Shown: positions 1-9,065 of the stretch, piece after piece | Numbering within the stretch: position 1 is the stretch's first letter | Layout of the letters: each line of letters begins with the position of its first letter | From: Bdellovibrionales bacterium | Lineage (GTDB): Bacteria; Bdellovibrionota; UBA1018; CAIMNF01 | DNA: 64,000 nucleotides | NCBI GenBank assembly: GCA_947462765.1 | Contig: CANHQK010000001.1 | Location: forward strand, 10,580-74,579 | Direction: 5' to 3' | Program-made: the position numbers and the translations under genes | Notes under the pieces: model-generated | The model's input: the letters and a program-made list of their open reading frames with translations, nothing else | What the model was told of the DNA's origin: nothing | Databases searched by the model: none

Positions 1-362
1 TCCGAGAGCGTGAACATCCCGTCCGCGGTGGTCTCGCCACATGCGATTCCAAGCTTCCGCTCGGCATAGCTCATCAGCTCATCCGCCCCCCTGAGACAGC
101 ACGCCACATTGGTGCAGATCCGGAGATGGTTTTTTCCGACCGGCTTCAGATTGTACATGGTGTAGAAGCTGGCAACCTCACGGATCTGGGCCTCATGCAC
201 ACCGATGTATGCGGCAATCTCTGCCAGGATTTCTGGAGGAAGCCAACCACACTCGGCCTGCGCCTGATGAAGTGCAGGGAGAATCAGTGCTTTTTTATTC
301 GGATATCTCGGCTCGAGATTCCTCATGGCATCATAAAACTTTTGAGTCAGCAGCTTTTCCAT
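1..362 (-). CDS. nuoE: NADH-quinone oxidoreductase subunit E (NuoE, 24-kDa type), N-terminal part; the 3' end runs off the window
   Basis: Absent from the ORF track because there is no stop in the window. My translation of the minus strand from the ATG at 362..360 gives MEKLLTQKFYDAMRNLEPRYPNKKALILPALHQAQAECGWLPPEILAEIAAYIGVHEAQIREVASFYTMYNLKPVGKNHLRICTNVACCLRGADELMSYAE..., which looks like NuoE. The start forms an ATGA overlap with the nuoD stop, and the gene follows nuoABCD. Confidence 0.8.
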   Translation of the reverse strand, partial: MEKLLTQKFYDAMRNLEPRYPNKKALILPALHQAQAECGWLPPEILAEIAAYIGVHEAQIREVASFYTMYNLKPVGKNHLRICTNVACCLRGADELMSYAERKLGIACGETTADGMFTLS

Positions 363-1642
363 CAGCGATCCAGCTCCCCTGCGATGACATTGATGCTTCC
401 GAGCGCCGCGACCAGATCCGCGATGTATTCACCCCGGATCATCGGGTCGAGCCCCTGATAGTGCCAGAAGGAAGGTCCACGAATGCGCATGCGATGCGCG
501 GCGGGTCCGCCCTTGCTGACAATGTAAAAACCGAGCTCTCCATTCGCCGCCTCGAAAGAGGTGTAAGCCTCCCCCGCCGGAACATTGAACCCGGTCATGA
601 AAAATTTGAAGTGGTGAATCAACCCTTCCATCGTGTTGTAAACCTGGTCCTTCTCAGGAATGCGAGTTCTCTTGTCCTCGGACCAGATCGGCCCGCGCTT
701 GATGCGGTCCGCACACTGGGTGAGAATATTCAAGGATTGGCGCACCTCTTCGAGTCGGACATAATAACGATCGAACACGTCGCCGGTCTGGGCAACCGGC
801 ACATCAAAGTCCACCTGGTCGTAAAACATGCAGGGCTGGTCTCTGCGGAGATCAATATCCACACCGGCCGCGCGAGCGTTCGGTCCCGTGAAGCTGTACT
901 TGAGACAGTCTTCTCGATTCATAATGGCCACACCCTTGGTTCGTTTGAGCCAGATCCGGTTCTCGGTCAGGAGACGATCCATCTCGTCCACTACGGCGCG
1001 GGTTTCCTTGACCCAGTCTTTCACTTCCTTTTCCCAGCCTTCCGGGGCATCGGCCATCAGTCCGCCAATCCGGGTATAAGAAGTAGTGAGCCGGGCTCCG
1101 CAAAGTTTTTCGATCAGCGTGTAGGCTTTTTCGCGCTGGTGGTAACCGTAGAGAAAGTACGAAAATGCGCCCAAATCGACGGCGTTGATCCCCACGCAGA
1201 TCAGGTGATCGATCACGCGAGCGAGCTCGGCACACATCATCCGGATCCAGATCGCCCGCTCCGGGACTTCAATTCCCATCAAGCGCTCGACCGCCATGGC
1301 GTAAGTCACGTTATTGATCAGTGCCGAACAATAATTCAGGCGATCGGTGTACACCACAAACTGATGGTAAGTCCGGTTTTCACCGAGCTTTTCCTTGGCC
1401 CTGTGGGTATACCCGAATTCGCAGTAGGATTTTTCGATGATTTCCCCATTGAGCCTCGCCATACAGCGGAAGGCTCCGTGCATCGCCGGGTGGGTGGGAC
1501 CGATGTTAACCAGGACCTTTGAGTCCTCGAAAATGTCGTCCGTATCCCGCTTCACCGTGACATCGTATGTGGAGGGGATTCCCCATCTAGCAACGTCGAG
1601 GGGAAGGTCGGTTTTGAAGCTTTTCGGATTGGAATCACTCAT
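362..1642 (-). CDS. nuoD: NADH-quinone oxidoreductase subunit D (NuoD, 49-kDa)
   Basis: 426 aa. Motifs GPTHPAMHGAFR and YTDRLNYCSALINNVTYAMAVERL, with C-terminus INVIAGELDR. Position is after nuoC. Confidence 0.95.
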   Translation of the reverse strand: MSDSNPKSFKTDLPLDVARWGIPSTYDVTVKRDTDDIFEDSKVLVNIGPTHPAMHGAFRCMARLNGEIIEKSYCEFGYTHRAKEKLGENRTYHQFVVYTDRLNYCSALINNVTYAMAVERLMGIEVPERAIWIRMMCAELARVIDHLICVGINAVDLGAFSYFLYGYHQREKAYTLIEKLCGARLTTSYTRIGGLMADAPEGWEKEVKDWVKETRAVVDEMDRLLTENRIWLKRTKGVAIMNREDCLKYSFTGPNARAAGVDIDLRRDQPCMFYDQVDFDVPVAQTGDVFDRYYVRLEEVRQSLNILTQCADRIKRGPIWSEDKRTRIPEKDQVYNTMEGLIHHFKFFMTGFNVPAGEAYTSFEAANGELGFYIVSKGGPAAHRMRIRGPSFWHYQGLDPMIRGEYIADLVAALGSINVIAGELDR

Positions 1643-2202
1643 TTTAATAACTCCGGATCGAGAGGCTCGGGGGTCAGAAACACCTGATATCCCCTGAGCG
1701 GGTAGTCTTTTCTTAAGGGATGCCCCTCCCAGCGCATATCCATGAGGATCCTGCGCAAATCGGGGTGACCCTCAAATCGGATTCCGAACATGTCATAGAT
1801 CTCGCGCTCAGCCCAGTTGGCCCCTTCCCAGACCGGGATGAGCGTCGGAGAGGTTTCCTGGTCCGCAATGCGCACCTTCACTCTCAATCGGGCCTTGGTT
1901 GTGGGATTCATCAATTGAAGAACCAGGCGGAATCTCGGTTCCGACTCCTCGTCGGTTGCGGTGTAATCAGTCAGAAATGAAAAGCCCAATCCGTCCTTGA
2001 GGCGCCCGAGAACCGCCAGCATTCCGGATTTCCGCACATGAATCACCGGCACATCCGTCGCCGCCTCTCGCGGCATCAGGATCTCCTCGATGAACTCGGA
2101 AAAATCAACCCTCAGCGCTTCAATCACCGCAGTCCACTCGGTGAGATACTTGTCGTAATGTCCGCCATAGATGGTTTTGACCGGCGTGTTGATATCCATC
2201 AC
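1639..2202 (-). CDS. nuoC: NADH-quinone oxidoreductase subunit C (NuoC, 30-kDa)
   Basis: 187 aa with [29 protein letters not shown], typical of NuoC. 4-nt overlaps with nuoB and nuoD. Confidence 0.93.
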   Translation of the reverse strand: MMDINTPVKTIYGGHYDKYLTEWTAVIEALRVDFSEFIEEILMPREAATDVPVIHVRKSGMLAVLGRLKDGLGFSFLTDYTATDEESEPRFRLVLQLMNPTTKARLRVKVRIADQETSPTLIPVWEGANWAEREIYDMFGIRFEGHPDLRRILMDMRWEGHPLRKDYPLRGYQVFLTPEPLDPELLK

Positions 2203-2699
2203 ACTTCTCCCCTCAGCGCCCGCTCACGTCGCTGGGAGTGAGTCTCTCCTTCCGCGATCATTTCTTTCAGGCGCAAAAGTGCGTTCAACAGACCCTCCGG
2301 GGCAGGCGGGCAGCCTGGAACATAGACATCCACCGGAACCACGGTATCGATCCCCTGGGTGACGCTGTAGACATTGAAGATCCCGCCCGAAGAGGCACAC
2401 GCCCCCATGGAGATCACCCACTTCGGATCAGCCATCTGGTCATAGATGTTGCGCAACACCGGGGCCATCTTGAGGTTCACGATCCCGGCGACAATCAGGA
2501 GATCGCTCTGCCTGGGCGAGAATCGAACCACCTCGGCACCGAATCGCGCCATGTCGTAACCGGAAGCCAGAGTCGACATGAGCTCGATCCCGCAACAACT
2601 GGTTCCGAAAGGAAGCGGAAACAGCGAGTGCTTCCGCGCCCAGTTGATCATGTCATCCAGCTTGGTCGTGAAAAAATCTGAAGATCCGTCCTTGCCCAT
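2199..2699 (-). CDS. nuoB: NADH-quinone oxidoreductase subunit B (NuoB, 20-kDa, N2 cluster)
   Basis: 166 aa. Motifs [20 protein letters not shown] and VPGCPPAPE give the four N2 cysteines, including the tandem CC. Confidence 0.95.
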   Translation of the reverse strand: MGKDGSSDFFTTKLDDMINWARKHSLFPLPFGTSCCGIELMSTLASGYDMARFGAEVVRFSPRQSDLLIVAGIVNLKMAPVLRNIYDQMADPKWVISMGACASSGGIFNVYSVTQGIDTVVPVDVYVPGCPPAPEGLLNALLRLKEMIAEGETHSQRRERALRGEV

Positions 2700-2702
2700 G
2701 AT

Positions 2703-3065
2703 TTACTCCCACTCCAGTGCGCCACGACGGATGACATAAATGTATCCGACGAGAAGAATGAATACGAACACCATCATCTCGATGAGAATGAACTCGCCCG
2801 TGGTTAAGAACCGCTTGTAGACAACCGCCCACGGATAGAAAAACACCGTCTCGATGTCGAAGAGAAGAAAGAGGATGGCAACTAGGTAGAACCGGACCGA
2901 GACCCGGTGCTTTTTTGTCGGGCCGGATTCACCCACTCCGCACTCGATCGGAGAATCTTTTGTTTTGTTCGGAAGCTTCGGTCCGAGCCAGGTGGTGATG
3001 AGGAGGACGGCTCCGCCGATGCACACCCCTGCGGCCATCATGACCAGTACAGGAAGGTATTCCAT
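2703..3065 (-). CDS. nuoA: NADH-quinone oxidoreductase subunit A (NuoA)
   Basis: 120 aa with 3 TM segments and FDIETVFFYPWA. Lies directly upstream of nuoB. Confidence 0.85.
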   Translation of the reverse strand: MEYLPVLVMMAAGVCIGGAVLLITTWLGPKLPNKTKDSPIECGVGESGPTKKHRVSVRFYLVAILFLLFDIETVFFYPWAVVYKRFLTTGEFILIEMMVFVFILLVGYIYVIRRGALEWE

Positions 3066-3103
3066 ACACTTGTCCTTTCCTTGTGATTTTCTTTTTTAGA
3101 ACC

Positions 3104-4468
3104 TTACCACAAATTCAGGAGCGGGTGCTCTTTTAATAGGGAATAGAGGTCCGGGCGCAAGAGTGTCAAACCGATGACACAGAGAAGATAAAGCCCGATA
3201 AAGAAGACCTCACCCCGCTGGAGAGCGCGCAGTTCTTTCGCGCCGTTTCTCGCCAGAAGGACAGTTCCCATCATCCTGATCACCGCCAGCACCAGCGCGA
3301 ACCAAGAAACGATCATCAGGACGCCTGCGACCCAGTTTCCGCCAATGACGATGTCGTGGATCAACCGGTAGTATTGGTCGCCCAGCACAAGAGGCGGAAC
3401 CCCCATCAGTGCAATGAGGGCCCCCGTTATGAAGCCTTTCTTCCGGTAGTTCTCATCCAGGAAGGCATGTGATGCGAGCGCAACCGTCAGCAAGAGCGAA
3501 AGAGAGATCGAGAAAAATGCCGGGAGGATCTTATCGGCCGGTAGGAGACAAAGGAAGAAACCCAATCCAAGCAGGACCGGGAGCGCGGCACTGAACCACC
3601 GGTGATGCTCCTTTGCCCTGACCGCTTGATAAGCATAACGGAGCGTGAAGGCTCCGAACACGAGCGCGATCATCAATTGCGCCTGCTGTTTTCCGAGAAA
3701 AGCGGCCTTACTGAAAAAAGGCACGCCCACCCTGAGCCAAAAAACCTGGATCATCAGGTGCATTCCAAAGTAGAGCACCCCGAGACCCACCGGAGCCCGC
3801 CCCGGATGCGGTAGAGCCTCCAGCAGAATCACAGACCCCAACAGAATCAGAATCGCGGGAAGCCAGACCCCGGCCTCGGTTCCAGAATAGGATTCGAGTC
3901 CGCTCAGCCAATCCCCGAGCAACTGTGAGCCCGAGAGAAAACTGGAGAGGACAACCAACAAGGACAATACTGCGATCCAGCTTCCGAAGATCATGCTTCT
4001 CGAGCGAATGAGACGGACCCAAGCCTGGCTTTTTCCTGATTCAATCAGAATGAGGCTGGTGGAACAAAAATAAATTCCGACCGCGGCACCGAGAAACAGC
4101 ACCAAGTGGTTTGCTTGAAGCAGAAGGGAAACGAAGGCGGAGAGGAAGAGCGTGAACAAGGTGGTCAGTTGCTTGTCGCGCACACTCAGCTCACTGTGAA
4201 AATAAAAGCCCATTGAAAAAACGGAGAACATGACCAAAGACAAGAGACGGCCGAAATAGGACAGGGCATCAGAGTGAAGAACCTTGACGGGCGATTCGAA
4301 ATAGGCCAGATCGGGCCGGAAAGCGAAATACCCGAGAACAATCGCCGACGACAACGCGGCAACGGGCGCAATGGATCTCACGGTCAGGACCCTAAAGTTA
4401 ATCAGGACCAACGTCACAAACAGCATTCCAAGAATAGCCAACTCCGGCAACCAATTGAGCATCGTCAC
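3104..4468 (-). CDS. Polytopic membrane protein, divergent NuoN/antiporter-like subunit of the complex-I-like module
   Basis: 454 aa with about 13-14 hydrophobic segments. The N-terminus HSDALSYFGRLLSLVMF resembles NuoN. LPHPGRAPVG sits where antiporter-like subunits carry H-W-x-P-D-x-x-x-G-A-P. 4-nt overlap with the upstream gene. Confidence 0.6.
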   Translation of the reverse strand: MTMLNWLPELAILGMLFVTLVLINFRVLTVRSIAPVAALSSAIVLGYFAFRPDLAYFESPVKVLHSDALSYFGRLLSLVMFSVFSMGFYFHSELSVRDKQLTTLFTLFLSAFVSLLLQANHLVLFLGAAVGIYFCSTSLILIESGKSQAWVRLIRSRSMIFGSWIAVLSLLVVLSSFLSGSQLLGDWLSGLESYSGTEAGVWLPAILILLGSVILLEALPHPGRAPVGLGVLYFGMHLMIQVFWLRVGVPFFSKAAFLGKQQAQLMIALVFGAFTLRYAYQAVRAKEHHRWFSAALPVLLGLGFFLCLLPADKILPAFFSISLSLLLTVALASHAFLDENYRKKGFITGALIALMGVPPLVLGDQYYRLIHDIVIGGNWVAGVLMIVSWFALVLAVIRMMGTVLLARNGAKELRALQRGEVFFIGLYLLCVIGLTLLRPDLYSLLKEHPLLNLW

Positions 4469-5448
4469 TTAGCACCTCCGAGAAGGAAGAACCCGACACC
4501 CGCGGCAGCCTGGACCAGCACCACCAGCAAAAAGCGAATCCGCGTGGTCCGACCGGGAGCCGAAAGACCATACCCGGGAAGCGCCACGAGCGTGACCACC
4601 TGGAGCAGGAACCCTGCGAGAAGTGCCGCGATCCAGACCGGATTCATGGAAATCGCCATCTTCATCGAAAAAAAGTACGCGGTGAAACCGGCCATTCCGG
4701 GCAATGCCACCACGGCTACTCGCGAGAATGCACTGAACCGCTCGCCCATCTGGTCTCCCAACGAGAGCAATGCCGCGCCACCGATCGCAGCAACTGAAAG
4801 GGCCCAAAGAGTGGTACGCCCGAGGACATCCTGGTCGATCACCAGGATGAAGAGAGCCAGGCCCAACTGCGCGAGGGCCAGGTGCATGATGGACGACTTC
4901 ATCCTCAGTCGCAAGGTCGACATCAGGCTGCCGTAAAGATAGGTGAACAACCCAACGAAAGAAAGTGCAACGTCCCAGAGCTGGCCGTTTTCCGCCTTCA
5001 TTTCACTCCGGATCTTGAGGAGGATCTCGATCCCTGAAAGGGCTGGAATGATGACCGACCCGAGGAACGAAGCCAGGGTCTGGCGTTCATAGAGCCTGCT
5101 GAAGAAGAAGAGGTGCGCACCGGTTGGGATGGACAGCAACAATCCCGAAAAGATCAGGAGGGTGGCCTGGGGGTGCTCTCCCAGGGAGGCGCCGAATATG
5201 GCAACGAAAATGCCTGCGATTGAAATGAAGTGGTGCTTCTGGACAATCGGATGATCGGCCCGCCTCGAGCCACGGGTGGACTGGAGAAATCCGATCATTT
5301 GCAGGGTCAGCAGGAACAGCAGACTGACCGGCACCGACTTGGAAAAGAAAATCGCGGCCGCAAAGGGAACCGAGAGCCAGCTTGCCGGGGGCAGGCAAGG
5401 CAACCAGGAAAGCGCCACCAATGCCGAGGGAAGGCTGAATTCCAGCAT
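4465..5448 (-). CDS. Polytopic membrane protein, truncated NuoM/NuoL-like (antiporter-like) subunit
   Basis: 327 aa and hydrophobic throughout. KSSIMHLALAQLGLALF resembles the conserved K..AYSSi.HmG segment, and LPGMAGFTAYFFSMKMAI resembles the P.l.GF.sKf segment of Mrp/NuoLMN-type subunits. Confidence 0.5.
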   Translation of the reverse strand: MLEFSLPSALVALSWLPCLPPASWLSVPFAAAIFFSKSVPVSLLFLLTLQMIGFLQSTRGSRRADHPIVQKHHFISIAGIFVAIFGASLGEHPQATLLIFSGLLLSIPTGAHLFFFSRLYERQTLASFLGSVIIPALSGIEILLKIRSEMKAENGQLWDVALSFVGLFTYLYGSLMSTLRLRMKSSIMHLALAQLGLALFILVIDQDVLGRTTLWALSVAAIGGAALLSLGDQMGERFSAFSRVAVVALPGMAGFTAYFFSMKMAISMNPVWIAALLAGFLLQVVTLVALPGYGLSAPGRTTRIRFLLVVLVQAAAGVGFFLLGGAK

Positions 5449-5451
5449 GAA

Positions 5452-6294
5452 TCAAAGCCCTCCCTTAATTGCCAGCATGAACAATCCGAAAAATGCCAAA
5501 GCACCAGAAACCAGATAGAAAACCCTGTCCAGTGCCGATCCGGGAGTGGGAACCGCATAAACCGGTTCCTCACCACCCCATGCCCGCCGTCCGTCGACCA
5601 AGCGGGCGCCGAAAGTGAGTGCCCGAAGACCGCTGGTTCGGAAAGCGACCAGACTGCGGCGGAAGCTATCGAGGCGCCACTTCGTCCACGCAAATAGCGC
5701 GGCCGCAACAAACAAGAGGGCGGAACCGAGGGCGATCACCATGTTGTTCTCCGACCACCTTTCGAACTCCCCTGAGAAGCCCTGTAAAATAGTGGCCACG
5801 CCAACGAGCTCGAGAATGGTGAGCACCCGCTCCTCGTTTTCCGACTTGAACCATCTGAAAGATTCCGCCGCAACCCAATAAATGCCGGCCGCAACGAGAG
5901 CGATTTCCGGGCGTTCAGGCTGCGGATAGTACTGGCGATACAACAAGAGCGCAGGGAGTATCCCCAGAAACCCCTTCCCGAAACTCAGGGAAACCAAGAG
6001 CACCCCGATGAAGGCGAAGAACTCTCCGAAAGGAGCGGGAGATATGGCCCCTCCCATGATGAGGAATATCCCCAGAAAGTCCTTCAGCTGGACCCAGGTT
6101 TCGGCCTTCCGATCGATGCGGTGCCAGATCATGAGCCCCGCCACCAAGGCGGCCACCATAGGCCCGTGCAAAAGGGATCCGAGGATGACCATCACAAAAG
6201 GAAGTGCGCGCCTCTCTCGAATGAGTCCTACGGCACTGAACAGGAAAAAAAGGATCGTGGTCTGGTCGGGCTGACTGAGTTCAAGATTCATCAT
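5452..6294 (-). CDS. Polytopic membrane protein of unknown function (complex-I-like module)
   Basis: The ORF track gives 5452..6336. I prefer the internal MMNLELSQ start at 6294 or 6291 because it reduces overlap with the upstream gene. About 8 hydrophobic segments and no motif I recognise. Confidence 0.55.
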   Translation of the reverse strand: MMNLELSQPDQTTILFFLFSAVGLIRERRALPFVMVILGSLLHGPMVAALVAGLMIWHRIDRKAETWVQLKDFLGIFLIMGGAISPAPFGEFFAFIGVLLVSLSFGKGFLGILPALLLYRQYYPQPERPEIALVAAGIYWVAAESFRWFKSENEERVLTILELVGVATILQGFSGEFERWSENNMVIALGSALLFVAAALFAWTKWRLDSFRRSLVAFRTSGLRALTFGARLVDGRRAWGGEEPVYAVPTPGSALDRVFYLVSGALAFFGLFMLAIKGGL

Positions 6295-6523
6295 TTTCGA
6301 GTTGAACCTCCCCACGCGAAACCGCCAGTAGCGCAATCGACAGAACGGCGAACAACATCACCGCTCCAGGCAGAAGTGGAATCGACGACTCCCGCGAGGA
6401 CACCACCCCCAGCAAGGAGAGTGAAACCCTCAGCATGGCACCCGAAAACTCCAGAACATCAGATGCGGTGAAGAGCGTGTAGAGCGAAAAAACCAGGAAA
6501 AATAAAAATGCAGCCGCTATCAT
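6281..6523 (-). CDS. Small 3-TM membrane protein in the NuoK position
   Basis: 80 aa and hydrophobic (MIAAAFLFFLVFSLYTLF...LEFSGAMLRVSLSLLGVV...). ATGA overlap with the upstream gene. The NuoK-like assignment rests on position and size only. Confidence 0.45.
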   Translation of the reverse strand: MIAAAFLFFLVFSLYTLFTASDVLEFSGAMLRVSLSLLGVVSSRESSIPLLPGAVMLFAVLSIALLAVSRGEVQLENDES

Positions 6524-6870
6524 CGTTTCCTCTTTTCAACGGCCAAACCGACCATCATCGCTGCAGAAAGCAGGGAGATCAGGATCACCACCGGAAGGAA
6601 GTGGCTGTACTCGATCTCGGCCGGACCCTGGCCGGAGGAGTCCTGGATCATCGGAAACAGTGTCGCAGAAAGAGCCAAAGACAGAGCCAGGGCACGAACA
6701 CGCCTTCCCGCCGGAAGACTCTCGGACCCACCTCCGAGCAGCAACCGCATACGGAAAAGCTGAATCCGGATCAGCAAGCCGAGGACCAGAACCACCACCC
6801 CCGAGAAAGGGGAGCGGGTTGCCACAAAGCCCGAAACCATCAAAAGGAAAATCAGATCGAAAACCCTCAT
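6520..6870 (-). CDS. Small membrane protein in the NuoJ position
   Basis: The ORF track extends to 7074, but the Arg/Cys-rich N-terminal part overlaps the NuoI-like gene. The internal start MRVFDLIFLLMVSGF at 6870 forms an ATGA overlap with the NuoI-like stop. 116 aa, 3 TM. Confidence 0.5.
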   Translation of the reverse strand: MRVFDLIFLLMVSGFVATRSPFSGVVVLVLGLLIRIQLFRMRLLLGGGSESLPAGRRVRALALSLALSATLFPMIQDSSGQGPAEIEYSHFLPVVILISLLSAAMMVGLAVEKRKR

Positions 6871-7277
6871 GTGAGCTCTCCCCTGCCGAAGCTCATCTTG
6901 AGGTCTTTGGGATCGAACACGGCCGCTTGCACTTCTTTGGTTTGAATGAGGGAGTTCGGCTCGCAGACCTCGACACACAAGCCGCAAAAGACACACTTGG
7001 AAAAATCGATTTCGAAACGCGATACCCAAGGGCGATTGTTGCGTGCATTGACACTCGCTTCGACCTCGATGCAAGACGACGGGCAGACCCGTGCACAGTC
7101 ACCGCAACCCGTGCATTTTTCGATCTCATTGAAGAGCAAGCCCCGGGCCCGCGCAGGAAAGTCGTCTTTCCCACGAGACGAAACCGGGTCCGGATAGAAC
7201 TCGGTATCGATCTTGCGCATCTCGTTCTGATTCAGGAAGTGTCCGACGATCTTCTTAAACATGGGGACCCCCTCCAA
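6867..7277 (-). CDS. NuoI-like 2x[4Fe-4S] ferredoxin subunit
   Basis: 136 aa with two CxxCxxCxxxCP-type motifs: CTGCGDCARVCP and CVFCGLCVEVCE. An alternative start MFKKIV lies at 7262. Confidence 0.85.
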   Translation of the reverse strand: MEGVPMFKKIVGHFLNQNEMRKIDTEFYPDPVSSRGKDDFPARARGLLFNEIEKCTGCGDCARVCPSSCIEVEASVNARNNRPWVSRFEIDFSKCVFCGLCVEVCEPNSLIQTKEVQAAVFDPKDLKMSFGRGELT

Positions 7278-8061
7278 TTACGCCGAACCAAAGCATGGCC
7301 ATGAGCCAGAGCGCTCCCGTGATGGGAAACAGATAAATGATCGAGATTCTGAGCAAGTCCTTCTGATGGAATCCGGGAAAATAGATTCCGAAAATTCTCG
7401 ACCCCAGGTACAAGACCGCCGCCTTAAAATGAATATCGAAGAACCACTCTCCCCCACCCAGAAACAGCTTGGCAGTGAGCAAGGACCACACATAGAAGCG
7501 GGCCGACGGCAACCAGCCGCTTTTCTCGCTCATTCCCCGGAACGGATGCTCCCCGAACAGGATCATTCCGCACAGCTGAAACGGGATGACAAAGGCCAAG
7601 AGGACCGGACTCCAGACAACTCCACTCATGTCCGTGGTCCGGGAGCAGGTGAAGCACACGAACAGACACAGGAGCGCAATGGCCCCCGCAATTGAAAAGC
7701 GGACCTGTTGTCCATCCGCACGGATCCTGGACACCACGCTTTGGGTTCCCAAGGACATCCAAACCAACAGGAAACCGATCAAGGCGATATAAATGAACAT
7801 CAGGTATTCGACCCGGATCCCCAACAGGAACACCATCGATAACTGGAAGAGATAGAGTAGCCAGGTGCCGGGTTCGGTCTGCGTCCTCAACTCCATCCTG
7901 GCGTCGACCCAGGTCTGCCAGATAAATCCGACCCATCCGACCTGCTTCCCGACCCGGGATTCATGTCGGGCAATCATCCGTTCGCTGATCGCATACATCA
8001 GGAAGGAAACCGGGAAAACCGAAGCCAATCCGGAAATCATCACCAGCAACGCCTCGATCAT
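7255..8061 (-). CDS. NuoH-like (HycD/EchB-type) membrane subunit, short form
   Basis: 268 aa. AISERMIARHESRVGKQ matches the NuoH aERk..a..Q.R.GP segment. FGEHPFRG sits where NuoH has the E..PFD loop. About 7-8 TM. Confidence 0.75.
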   Translation of the reverse strand: MIEALLVMISGLASVFPVSFLMYAISERMIARHESRVGKQVGWVGFIWQTWVDARMELRTQTEPGTWLLYLFQLSMVFLLGIRVEYLMFIYIALIGFLLVWMSLGTQSVVSRIRADGQQVRFSIAGAIALLCLFVCFTCSRTTDMSGVVWSPVLLAFVIPFQLCGMILFGEHPFRGMSEKSGWLPSARFYVWSLLTAKLFLGGGEWFFDIHFKAAVLYLGSRIFGIYFPGFHQKDLLRISIIYLFPITGALWLMAMLWFGVIGGGPHV

Positions 8062-9065
8062 CGGTCGATCTCCGAGATAGAAAATGAAAGACTCTCTAGA
8101 ACGACCGCCAGATCCTCGAGAGACTCGCCCTCCAGCGCCGGTCCGATTGATTTTACAATCGAAGAAGAGGGCGAACGCAATTCAAGTTCGGTGACAGCAC
8201 CCTCAGAGTCGAGGCCCAAAGCGATACCCCAGGCGCCCCGTAAAGTGTCTCGCTCGTGTGAGATTCGCCCCGCCTTCGAGACGAAAGCGCCGAAGTATTC
8301 TCCTTTGGGTCCCCGTCTCAACAGTTCCTGCATTTCACCCGCCATCTCCCTGCAGTTTTGCAGGGAATAGATGAGGCGCGACTCCACATGACTGACGAAT
8401 CCATACCGCGTGCTTTCAATCGAGGCCTCGCTGACAAAGCCGAACTCACCTCGGTCGAGGACCTGCCCGAGGTTTCGCATGCGGTTCTGGAAAACATGCG
8501 TCCACCGGAAGAGCGCCTCGATCCTCGGAAAATCCTCTACGAAATTCCTGCTCCAGGTGTCCAGACGCTCCTGGAAGCCCTCAGTGATGTCATACCTGGC
8601 ACCCCCGGGAATCAAGTAGTAGTAACCGTACCGGGACCCCGACAACAACTCGAGAAGATCAAGCAAGGACTCGCGGTGCTTCAAGATCGAGTGAAACAGG
8701 ATTTTCACCCCGAGCCGCCTCGACATGTTGGCCAGGTACTTGAGCTGGAAGTTCAGCTCTGAAAGACTCGTGGTGATGTCACGGATCCAGCGAATCCGGT
8801 CGCCAGCCTCGACTCCGGAGATCTTCTCGACCGCTTCACTGAAGACCCGATCCAAAAGGAGCGCACTCTCGGGCTCCACCCGACCGACAGTGAGCTGGGC
8901 TCGCCGGTGATGCTGTCCAAGGGCCTTTTTCTCGATCTCACGTGACGCATAACCGAATCTCGCGTCCACGCTGATGATCCGATCACCACTCATGCCCAAG
9001 CTGAGCTTCATCGGGCCGGGAAGCCACTCGTGGATCGGCCCGATTTCGATCGTCTCCTGGATCAT
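8058..9065 (-). CDS. NuoD/[NiFe]-hydrogenase-large-subunit-like protein lacking metal-ligand cysteines
   Basis: 335 aa. IGPIHEWLPGP aligns to GPTHPAMHG of the canonical NuoD. GRVEPESALLLDRVFSEAVEKI aligns to DRLNYCSALINNVTYAMAVERL. The C-terminus SFSISEIDR aligns to AGELDR of NuoD and to DPCxxCxDR of hydrogenases. There is no Cys at either [NiFe] motif. Confidence 0.75.
   Translation of the reverse strand: MIQETIEIGPIHEWLPGPMKLSLGMSGDRIISVDARFGYASREIEKKALGQHHRRAQLTVGRVEPESALLLDRVFSEAVEKISGVEAGDRIRWIRDITTSLSELNFQLKYLANMSRRLGVKILFHSILKHRESLLDLLELLSGSRYGYYYLIPGGARYDITEGFQERLDTWSRNFVEDFPRIEALFRWTHVFQNRMRNLGQVLDRGEFGFVSEASIESTRYGFVSHVESRLIYSLQNCREMAGEMQELLRRGPKGEYFGAFVSKAGRISHERDTLRGAWGIALGLDSEGAVTELELRSPSSSIVKSIGPALEGESLEDLAVVLESLSFSISEIDR

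Noticed and set aside
209-1522. A 437-aa plus-strand ORF antisense to nuoD.
   Set aside because: It fully overlaps a clearly conserved NuoD frame. Its composition is Arg/Gly/Pro/His-rich with no motifs. This is a typical shadow ORF in GC-rich DNA.
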